This document shows, piece after piece, positions 25,350 to 32,000 of a DNA stretch of 32,000 bases (position 1 is the first letter of the stretch; the number at the start of each line of letters is the position of its first letter). Source of the DNA: Candidatus Nitrospira inopinata. Lineage in GTDB: Bacteria > Nitrospirota > Nitrospiria > Nitrospirales > Nitrospiraceae. The notes under the pieces are model-generated. The model was not told the origin of the DNA, searched no databases, and was given only the letters and a program-made list of their open reading frames with translations. The translations under genes were made by a program, and so were the position numbers. The DNA is taken from NCBI RefSeq assembly GCF_001458695.1, contig NZ_LN885086.1, forward strand, positions 1,170,001-1,202,000, in the 5' to 3' direction.

Positions 25350-26366
25350 TTAAGGGAGCTTGTCCTGCTTGAAACACCGGTTCGGGCAGGTCTGACGAGG
25401 AACTCGAATTTGGTAGGTGCCGCGAGGCAGCACGTCCTTTTTGAATTCGGGATTGAGCAGTTTGAGTTCCAGAAAATAGGTGCCGAATTCTTCGGCGATG
25501 GACGTGAGGGTTCGCTGTGGCTCCTTGACGTTCACGGTGACGGTTTCCGCCTCCAGCGGAAGATAGAGATCCTTTTTGCTCAATCCCAGATATTTCTCCG
25601 GTTGGGAATAGATCTCTTTGGCCGCGATGATCCGCGGCACGTAGCGCATGGTTTCGCGAGGGGCGTGGAGCTTCCAGTAATCGCTGACCCGCTGCTCTTT
25701 GAGCAGCTTGCGGACGCGCTCTTCGCCGGCGTTGTAGGACGCCATGGCGAGAAACCAATCGTTTTGGTGAAAGTCCTTGAGGTACGACAGGTATTTGACC
25801 GCCGCCTCCGTTGAGAGCTCGAGGTTGCGACGTTCGTCCAGGACCGCGTCGCTTTTCAAACTGTAGCGTCGTCCCGTGGACGGGATAAACTGCCACGGAC
25901 CCGAGGCTTTGGCTTTGGAATAGGCCGCCGCGATACATTTACTCTCGACGAGCAACATGTACTTGAGGTCGTCGGGCAAGCCGGCGTCGGCCAACTGTTT
26001 TTCGGCCGGAGGAAAGCACCGCCCGGTTCGTTTGGCGAGGATGATGCTTTCTCCTTCGTTGGCCAGGAACTGATAGAATTCATACTCGATTCGTTCCCGG
26101 ACCTGCCAGTTGTCCAACGGCACCGGCATGCCCGCGAAGGTCATCTTCTCGGGTAGCTTGAACGAACTGAGAAAATATCGCTGATGTTCCCGTTTGATCT
26201 CGGGCAGGATGACCAGGCGGTCTTCGGGATCGGCTTGCTCGTCCTGTTGTTCGGGGGGGAAGAGTCCCCGCTCATTCTCCGATTGATCCGACGGTGAGAC
26301 CGCCCACCCATTGTTCAAAGAGAAGAAACATAAAAACGCCGCCGCGAGCAAGGTCTTCAGGATCAT
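25350..26366 (-). CDS. Lytic transglycosylase (SLT-domain, MltD-like), secreted
   Basis: Signal peptide MILKTLLAAAFLCFFSLNNGWA from ATG 26366, with ggagaggag upstream. SLT motifs VESKCI...SKAKASGPWQFIPSTG and MASYNAGEERV. Confidence 0.8.
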   Translation of the reverse strand: MILKTLLAAAFLCFFSLNNGWAVSPSDQSENERGLFPPEQQDEQADPEDRLVILPEIKREHQRYFLSSFKLPEKMTFAGMPVPLDNWQVRERIEYEFYQFLANEGESIILAKRTGRCFPPAEKQLADAGLPDDLKYMLLVESKCIAAAYSKAKASGPWQFIPSTGRRYSLKSDAVLDERRNLELSTEAAVKYLSYLKDFHQNDWFLAMASYNAGEERVRKLLKEQRVSDYWKLHAPRETMRYVPRIIAAKEIYSQPEKYLGLSKKDLYLPLEAETVTVNVKEPQRTLTSIAEEFGTYFLELKLLNPEFKKDVLPRGTYQIRVPRQTCPNRCFKQDKLP

Positions 26367-26493
26367 TCCCGCGCTCCTCTCCGCCCGTTGAAATCCGTTC
26401 GGTGTTTGGGGAACCAACAGGCCACGATCAGACCACGACGAACGATGCTAGCAAGGTGATGTGCCGTCGGCAAGCGGAATGAATTTCTCGTTC

Positions 26494-27195
26494 ATGCTAC
26501 ACTCGGTCTTCATCGTGAACCCCTTGACCCTATTGAACAACGCCATCATCGAGTGTTCGGACTGTCCGAGATTGACGGTCTATCGGCGGAGCGTCGCCGA
26601 AACCAAACGGCGGCAATTCATGAATTGGGACTATTGGGGACGGCCCGTGCCCGGCTTCGGCGACGAAGGGGCGCGTCTCTACGTGTTAGGGCTGGCCCCG
26701 GCCGCCCACGGGGGGAATAGGACGGGGCGGATCTTCACCGGCGATCGAAGCGGGGATTGGCTGTATGAAGCCCTGCATCGCCATGGGTTCGCCAACCAGG
26801 CGTCTTCAATCCATCGGGATGACGGCCTCGTGCTGACGGATTGTTATATCGGCGCCGCGGTGCGGTGCGCGCCGCCGGGAAATAAACCGGCGCTTGATGA
26901 AATCGAGCGGTGCCGCCGGTTCTTGCGAGAGGAAATTCGGCTTCTTCGGAATGTCCGTGTTGTGGTGACGTTGGGGAAACTGGCGTTTGATCAGTATCTG
27001 AAAACCTGCAAGCTCGAGGGGTTGGAAATCCCCTCGCCCCTCCCGCGATTTCGGCACGGCGCGAGCTATCGATTGCCGGGGGGCGTGCTGCTGCTGGGCT
27101 CCTATCATCCCAGCCAGCAAAATACGTTTACGGGGAAGCTCACCCGCCCGATGTTTCACGCCGTTTTTCGGACGGCGCGAAACGCCATCGGATAA
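26494..27195 (+). CDS. Uracil-DNA glycosylase, family 5 (UDGb-type, Fe-S)
   Basis: CSDCPRL, WGRPVPGFGD, motif A as GLAPAAHGGNRTGRIFTGD (Ala in place of the family-4 catalytic residue), AAVRCAPPGNKP, SYHPSQQNTFTGKLT. Start is uncertain (GTG 26461, ATG 26479 or ATG 26494). Confidence 0.85.
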   Translation: MLHSVFIVNPLTLLNNAIIECSDCPRLTVYRRSVAETKRRQFMNWDYWGRPVPGFGDEGARLYVLGLAPAAHGGNRTGRIFTGDRSGDWLYEALHRHGFANQASSIHRDDGLVLTDCYIGAAVRCAPPGNKPALDEIERCRRFLREEIRLLRNVRVVVTLGKLAFDQYLKTCKLEGLEIPSPLPRFRHGASYRLPGGVLLLGSYHPSQQNTFTGKLTRPMFHAVFRTARNAIG

Positions 27196-27207
27196 GATCG
27201 ACGGGCG

Positions 27208-27224
27208 GAGGCCTTCAAGGCCTC
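27208..27224. terminator. Palindromic hairpin between convergent genes
   Basis: gaggcctt-c-aaggcctc (27208-27224) sits between the UDG stop (27195) and the transaldolase stop (27246). No U-tract. Confidence 0.3.
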
Positions 27225-27245
27225 GGGGTGATCCATGCTCGATCG

Positions 27246-27893
27246 TTATTGCTGCCCTTTGGCTTTCCAGTCGTCGAGGAATTTCTTCAAGCCGACATCG
27301 GTCAGCGGGTGTTTGAACAAGGCTTGAAACACACTGTAGGGCATGGTGCAGATGTGGCCTCCGGCCAAGGCCGATTCGACGACGTGCTGCGGATGGCGGA
27401 CGCTCGCCACCAACACCAGGGTCTTGTAGTCGTAATTCTTGTAGATGGTCACGATTTGACGGATCAGCCCCATGCCGTCTGAGCTGACATCATCCAGGCG
27501 GCCGATAAAAGGCGAGACACACCAGGCTCCCGCCTTGGCCGCCAACATGGCCTGTGTGGGAGAAAAACAGAGCGTGACGTTGACGCGAATCCCTTCAGTA
27601 GACAGACGTTTTGTCGCCTTGATGCCGTCTGGGGTGAGGGGACATTTGACGACGATGTTGGGGTGGATCTTGGCCAGCTCTTTGCCTTCTTTCACCATGG
27701 CGTCCGCCTCCACGCTGACCACTTCGGCGCTGATCGGGCCATTGACGATGGCGCAGATCTCCTGGAGCATTTCTTTGAAACTCCGCCCTTCTTTGACGAC
27801 GAGCGACGGGTTGGTCGTGACGCCGTCCAACACGCCCAGACTGTTTGCTTCATGGATTTCTTTCACATTGGCGGTGTCGAGGAAAAACAGCAT
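27246..27893 (-). CDS. tal: Transaldolase / fructose-6-phosphate aldolase (short type 3B)
   Basis: [31 protein letters not shown], the Schiff-base lysine context VVKCPLT, and SPFIGRLDD. 215 aa. Confidence 0.9.
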   Translation of the reverse strand: MLFFLDTANVKEIHEANSLGVLDGVTTNPSLVVKEGRSFKEMLQEICAIVNGPISAEVVSVEADAMVKEGKELAKIHPNIVVKCPLTPDGIKATKRLSTEGIRVNVTLCFSPTQAMLAAKAGAWCVSPFIGRLDDVSSDGMGLIRQIVTIYKNYDYKTLVLVASVRHPQHVVESALAGGHICTMPYSVFQALFKHPLTDVGLKKFLDDWKAKGQQ

Positions 27894-28090
27894 GGCCGAC
27901 TCCTTTCATGGTGAATGGTCTTGCGGAGGCAATGGCCGTCTTCTTTTCTTCGGCCATTCTACGAAGAACTCGATGCGAGCGCAACGCAATGGCGACATCC
28001 TGTTTGACAGGTCGGGGGGCTGGGGCTAATATTCGCCTTGCGGTATGGCTCGCGAGCGAAGTGGTTCTGTTGTGCTGATGGGGGGCGCTG

Positions 28091-28402
28091 ATGCGCGGTG
28101 CCGGAGTCGTGCTGATTTGTTGTCTTGCCTTGGTTGCCTGTGGAGGAGGCAACCCCTATTTGGACGCGTCGCTCAAGCCGGCCGAGCTGCAGGGAAAGGA
28201 CAAGGCCTGGTTCGAAAAAAATTGGGGCGCCCCGGATGGGAAAGCGGCGCGCTTCTTCGGCGGGGAGACCTGGACGTACTATCGGATCGCCGGGGGCAAA
28301 TCCGGCCCGCCGCTCTTTAACTTCTCTCCTAATCAATGTCAGATCACGCTGAAGTTCGACAAAGAAGACAAACTCACGGACTACAGTTATTCGGGTTGCT
28401 AG
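28091..28402 (+). CDS. Small lipoprotein, function unknown
   Basis: Signal peptide plus lipobox MRGAGVVLICCLALVAC|GGG. 103 aa. Confidence 0.6.
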   Translation: MRGAGVVLICCLALVACGGGNPYLDASLKPAELQGKDKAWFEKNWGAPDGKAARFFGGETWTYYRIAGGKSGPPLFNFSPNQCQITLKFDKEDKLTDYSYSGC

Positions 28403-28662
28403 TCGGGGTGGCCTGACCGTCGGTTTTCAAAGGTGGTCATGCACTCGTGGCTACAGAAATAGTGAGTCTGCCCTCCGATCGTTTTCGTCAAAGCAGTCCG
28501 GCGCGGGATAAACGTTTGGCAGGTGGGGTCAAGAACCATCTGATCCTGATCGACGGACGTTCCTCGGTCATCGATGGTTGACTGTCTGATCCCTCGAAAG
28601 ATTTGCCGCAAGAGGAAGTAAAGAATGACGAGAAGGACGGAAACGAGAAGCAATCTATACAT
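28399..28662 (-). CDS. Small membrane-anchored protein with C-terminal TRASH/YHS-like Cys motif (PP0621-like)
   Basis: N-terminal TM MYRLLLVSVLLVILYFLL, then DPTCQTFIP...THYFCSHEC at the C-terminus. Lower GC than neighbouring genes. Confidence 0.55.
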   Translation of the reverse strand: MYRLLLVSVLLVILYFLLRQIFRGIRQSTIDDRGTSVDQDQMVLDPTCQTFIPRRTALTKTIGGQTHYFCSHECMTTFENRRSGHPD

Positions 28663-28690
28663 TGTGGTTCATCTCTTACATAACCACAAT
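28661..28690. promoter_or_regulatory. Perfect 9-bp inverted repeat at the start of the 28399..28662 gene
   Basis: attgtggtt (28661-28669), 12 nt, aaccacaat (28682-28690). The left arm overlaps the start codon (28660-28662) in an AT-rich divergent region. Confidence 0.3.
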
Positions 28691-28860
28691 GTTATGGGAG
28701 GGGTGCAGGCCTGTCAAGGGTTGGCGGTCTCCTACCTCGCGAAATGCGAGTATGAGCGATAGACCATTTGTGCCAGCCGGTCATGAGCATTCTTGGTTGC
28801 TCACCCAGTACTTCCGGAGGATATGTTTCAGGAAAAGAACGTGGTACATTCGCACCTATT

Positions 28861-29013
28861 ATGAAGACATGTGACAAGTGCCACGGCACAATGTTACCGG
28901 AACGAGCGGTCGATTTGGACGCCGGGTTGGCGATCACGGTGTTTGCCTGTTTGAATTGTGGTCGTCGGAAAGCGGCGGACCAGGAACCTCGTCCCATCAC
29001 GGCTCGGCATTAG
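28861..29013 (+). CDS. Possible small zinc-ribbon protein (50 aa)
   Basis: MKTCDKCHGTMLPERAVDLDAGLAITVFACLNCGRRK... has CxxC-(24)-CxxC spacing. It is the internal ATG of listed ORF 28768..29013. Short and unverified. Confidence 0.35.
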   Translation: MKTCDKCHGTMLPERAVDLDAGLAITVFACLNCGRRKAADQEPRPITARH

Positions 29014-29376
29014 GCTGTTTGCCAGGCGGGAATTCCTGGATTCGAGGGCGTGGAAGGCTACAAAAGGTAGCAGCACTCGGGTTTCTCAACGCCGGCGCTG
29101 GACGATGAAGCGACGAGAAGGGCGGAGGCGCGGCTTGTATGTCGTTCGCGCTCGTCGTTTCCGTGCTTGCCGCTCCACTGACCTTGCGACCGTGGTTGAA
29201 TTGCTCGCCGGTCCGTATTGAGGGCAGGTCCGCCAAGCCTGGAGTGCCTCGATTCCGTGTGGGCCGTACCTAATGGCGACAGCCCCGTGGACGAGGCTGT
29301 CATTGTGGCCGCCATCGAAAGGGGAGGGAAGCGCACGGAAAAAGAGGCGCGTTGTTGCGCACGCTGGAGGCCGTGG

Positions 29377-30180
29377 TCAGCGAATGCCGAGCACGTCCAT
29401 CATGTCGTAGAGGCCTGGAGGTTGGTGGGCGACCCAACCGGCCGCGCGCAACGCCCCGCGGGCGAATGTGTCGCGACTGCTGGCACGATGAGTGATTTCA
29501 ATGCGCTCTCCCATGCCGCCGAACAGCACGGTGTGATCTCCCACGATGTCACCCGCGCGAACAGTCTGAATTCCGATTTCGTCTTTTGATCGCTCTCCGA
29601 TCAGTCCCTTTCGGGCATACACGCCGACTTGATTGAGGTCTCGGTTCACCGCTGTGGCAAGGACCTCGGCTATCTTGAGAGCCGTCCCGCTGGGCGCGTC
29701 TTTCTTGAGCCGATGATGGGCTTCGATCACCTCGATGTCATAATCGTCGCCGAGCGTTTTCGCCATTTCACCGATGACCTTGCAAATCAGGTTGATCCCG
29801 ACGCTCATATTGGGAGAACACACGCAAGGAATCAGGTTTGCCAAGGATCGAAGTTCATCCGATTGTGGAGCGGAGAACCCCGTCGTTCCGATGACCATCG
29901 CCCGCCGATGGCGGGCGGCGATCCGCAGATGTGCGATCGTCGCGTCGGGAGCCGAGAAATCGATGATGACCTCGCCGCGCTCCAGGAGCGCGGATAAGTC
30001 GTCCGTGATGGGCACACCGGCATAGCCGGAGCCGGAAACGTCCCCTGCGTCCTTCCCTAAGGCGCTGTGTCCCTGGACCTCCAGGGCCCCGGCCAGCGTC
30101 AAGGTTGTCGAGTCCTTGATCAGCGAGACCAGTCGGCAGCCCATCCGTCCGGCCGCGCCGATAACGACGACTCCGATCAT
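29377..30180 (-). CDS. dapB: 4-hydroxy-tetrahydrodipicolinate reductase
   Basis: MIGVVVIGAAGRMG (NAD(P) binding), VIGTTGF, SPNMSVG, EAHHRLKKDAPSGTA, DHTVLFGG. Confidence 0.95.
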   Translation of the reverse strand: MIGVVVIGAAGRMGCRLVSLIKDSTTLTLAGALEVQGHSALGKDAGDVSGSGYAGVPITDDLSALLERGEVIIDFSAPDATIAHLRIAARHRRAMVIGTTGFSAPQSDELRSLANLIPCVCSPNMSVGINLICKVIGEMAKTLGDDYDIEVIEAHHRLKKDAPSGTALKIAEVLATAVNRDLNQVGVYARKGLIGERSKDEIGIQTVRAGDIVGDHTVLFGGMGERIEITHRASSRDTFARGALRAAGWVAHQPPGLYDMMDVLGIR

Positions 30181-30222
30181 GACCGGTTCTTTCCCCCTTC
30201 TCTCCTGTCCGTATCCATGGCG

Positions 30223-31095
30223 TCAGATCAGGTTCATGTCTTTCAACACGTGGCGGAGCTTGTCTCGCGTCTCTTGCCCCATGGGACACAACGGCAGCCG
30301 CAGCTCCGGATCGATCTTTCCCATCATCCCCAACGCTTCCTTGACCGGAATCGGATTGGTCTCCAGGAACAGGGCGGCAAACAAGGGAGACAGGGTAAAG
30401 TGCAGTTTCCTGGCTTCGGTGACCTTGCCGTCGGCGAAGGTCTTGACCAATTGAGCCATTTCGCTCGGCACGATATTGGCCGTGACGGTAATCACTCCCT
30501 TGGCGCCCACCGCCATCATGGGAAGTGTGAGGGAATCATCTCCGGCCAGAACGGTGATTCGATCGCCGCACATCTGGGCGATGTCGGAAGCCTGTTGAAC
30601 CGAGCCGCTTCCTTCTTTCACCCCCACAATGGTGTCGATGGCCGAAAGTCTGGCGATGGTGGACGGCAACATGTTGACGCCGGTCCGTCCGGGGATGTTG
30701 TACAACACCAACGGAAGATCCACGGCCTCGGCCACGGCCTTATAGTGACGGTAGAGTCCTTCCTGGGTCGGTTTGTTGTAATAGGGGGTGATCAACAGCG
30801 CCCCGTCCGCGCCGGCCTGTTTGGCGTGTTTGGTCAGCGCAACGGCCTCTTCGGTGCTGTTCGAGCCCGTTCCGGCGATGACCGGCACACGTCGGTTGAC
30901 CACCTCCACGGTCAATTGGATGACCCGATGATGCTCCTCATGGGACAGGGTGGCCGATTCCCCGGTGGTGCCGCAGGGAACGATCCCGTTGGTTCCCTTG
31001 GCGATTTGCCACTCGATCAATTCGGCCAAAGCTCGTTCGTCGATCCGTCCGTTCCGAAAGGGAGTCACAATGGCGATCAGCGAGCCGGTAAACAT
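30223..31095 (-). CDS. dapA: 4-hydroxy-tetrahydrodipicolinate synthase
   Basis: MFTGSLIAIVTPF, GIVPCGTTGES, VIAGTGSNST, YYNKPTQEG, LYNIPGRTG, VGVKEGSG (the Schiff-base lysine context). Confidence 0.95.
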   Translation of the reverse strand: MFTGSLIAIVTPFRNGRIDERALAELIEWQIAKGTNGIVPCGTTGESATLSHEEHHRVIQLTVEVVNRRVPVIAGTGSNSTEEAVALTKHAKQAGADGALLITPYYNKPTQEGLYRHYKAVAEAVDLPLVLYNIPGRTGVNMLPSTIARLSAIDTIVGVKEGSGSVQQASDIAQMCGDRITVLAGDDSLTLPMMAVGAKGVITVTANIVPSEMAQLVKTFADGKVTEARKLHFTLSPLFAALFLETNPIPVKEALGMMGKIDPELRLPLCPMGQETRDKLRHVLKDMNLI

Positions 31096-31106
31096 AGCGG
31101 CGCCTC

Positions 31107-32000
31107 TTATTGCAAAAATTCCGGAATGGTTTCGCCCTTGATCAAGTCGTCGTACGTTTCGCGGGCCCGGATGACGTGAAAGTCCGCTCCCTTGACGAGC
31201 ACCTCCGGCGCGCGGGGGCGCGAATTGTAATTCGACGCCATCACGAACCCGTAGGCGCCCGCGCTCATGACGGCCAGCAATTCTCCCGGCTTGACCGACG
31301 CCAACATTCGGTCTTTGGCCAAAAAGTCGCCCGATTCACACACCGGGCCGACGACGTCCATCAATTGTTTCGTCCGAAGGCCTGCTTGCTGATTGACCGG
31401 ACGGATTTCGTGATATGCGCCGTACAGACTGGGGCGAATCAAATCGTTCATGGCGGCGTCAACGATCGCGAAGCGTTTCGTCTCGCCGGTCTTTTCGTAT
31501 AGGACCGTCGTGACCAGCACGCCGGCGTTGCCGACAATGACGCGGCCCGGTTCCATCACCAGCGTCACTCCCAAATCCTTGACGAGCGGAGAAACGGCGT
31601 CGGCCAGTTCGTGCGGCAGCGGCGGCTTCTCTTCGGCGTAGGTGATGCCGAGCCCGCCGCCGATGTTCAGGTAGCGAATGTCGATGCCTTGGCTCTTCAG
31701 CGTTTCAAGCAGCGCCACGACTTTTTTGAGCGAATCGACGAACGGCGTGACGTCCGTCAACTGGGACCCGATATGGGCGTGAACCCCGCAGACGTCGATG
31801 TGACTCAGCGCCGCCGCCGCTCTGTATTCCTCCAGCGCACGGTCCGCGGCGATGCCGAATTTGCTCTTTTTCATCCCCGTCGAGATATAGGGGTGGGTCT
31901 TGGGATCGACGTCCGGATTGATTCGCAACGCAATGCGGGCGGGCTTGCCCATCGAGGCCGCGACGTCGTTGATCGCGCGGATCTCCGCGGCCGACTCGAC
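31107..32000 (-). CDS. lysA: Diaminopimelate decarboxylase, C-terminal ~297 codons; the 5' end lies beyond the window
   Basis: RINPDVDPKTHPYISTG, HAHIGSQ, LNIGGGLG, EPGR, GPVCESGD, SAGAYG. The reading frame stays open through 31953-32000 (..VESAAEIRAINDVAAS-MGKP..), so the listed Met at 31952 is internal. Confidence 0.9.
   Translation of the reverse strand, partial: VESAAEIRAINDVAASMGKPARIALRINPDVDPKTHPYISTGMKKSKFGIAADRALEEYRAAAALSHIDVCGVHAHIGSQLTDVTPFVDSLKKVVALLETLKSQGIDIRYLNIGGGLGITYAEEKPPLPHELADAVSPLVKDLGVTLVMEPGRVIVGNAGVLVTTVLYEKTGETKRFAIVDAAMNDLIRPSLYGAYHEIRPVNQQAGLRTKQLMDVVGPVCESGDFLAKDRMLASVKPGELLAVMSAGAYGFVMASNYNSRPRAPEVLVKGADFHVIRARETYDDLIKGETIPEFLQ

Noticed and set aside
25345-25938. 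N-terminal ~198 codons of listed ORF 24001..25938
   Set aside because: This part runs out of frame across the lytic transglycosylase gene. Glycerate-kinase homology starts at the internal ATG at 25344.
29200-29260. caggtccgccaagcc segment vaguely like the SRP RNA domain IV
   Set aside because: It lacks the GGAA tetraloop and the symmetric-loop AGCA motifs. No matching 5'/3' closing helix was found.
29331-29370. aaagaggcgcg... resembling the AGAGGCGC 5' element of lysine (L-box) riboswitches near lysine biosynthesis genes
   Set aside because: It is on the wrong strand and the wrong side: plus strand, downstream of dapB and reading into it in antisense. None of the other L-box helices are evident.
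30067-31179. 370-aa plus-strand ORF
   Set aside because: It is antisense to dapA and dapB, both of which carry unambiguous motifs.
1-32000. Search by eye for tRNA T-arm signatures (GGTTCGAATCC and its complement), CRISPR-like spaced repeats, and transposase or integrase genes
   Set aside because: All GTTCGA/TCGAAC-like hits fall inside well-supported CDSs without cloverleaf context. No regularly spaced repeats were seen and no recombinase-like ORFs. A proper tRNAscan, CRISPR finder or ISfinder run is still needed to be certain.

Overview
GC-rich bacterial chromosomal segment. The gene content and protein sequences resemble Nitrospira-type or other high-GC Gram-negative genomes, but that is a guess and was not verified. 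I can support about 33 protein-coding genes, and most are housekeeping. They include a lysA-dapA-dapB operon plus a separate dapL-type aminotransferase, folK-panC, transaldolase, a family-5 uracil-DNA glycosylase, glycerate kinase, a lytic transglycosylase, a class-I glutamine amidotransferase and a macro-domain deacetylase. Transport functions are an ABC-2 exporter embedded in a four-gene operon and an RND efflux pair (adaptor plus pump) with no outer-membrane factor gene. By eye I found no rRNA, tRNA, CRISPR array, transposase or integrase. The only clearly accessory stretch is about 9.77-11.8 kb: a 550-bp repeat-dense non-coding region, a visibly lower-GC orphan membrane-protein gene, and an intact higA antitoxin gene preceded by what looks like a frameshifted higB toxin remnant. 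I do not see a clear-cut novel multi-gene system. The best candidates for follow-up are: (1) an 885-aa PEP-utilising enzyme with rifampicin-phosphotransferase-like domain order, tightly linked to glycerate kinase; (2) a MazG-like/zinc-ribbon-PilZ gene pair with a 67-nt overlap; (3) a LON-domain/ABC-2/SirB1-like operon; (4) a macro-domain gene followed by a 275-aa orphan gene; (5) a BNR-propeller lipoprotein translationally coupled to a small orphan protein. All functional calls come from motif recognition by eye and need HMM or BLAST confirmation. Many long ORFs in the track are antisense artefacts of the high GC content.
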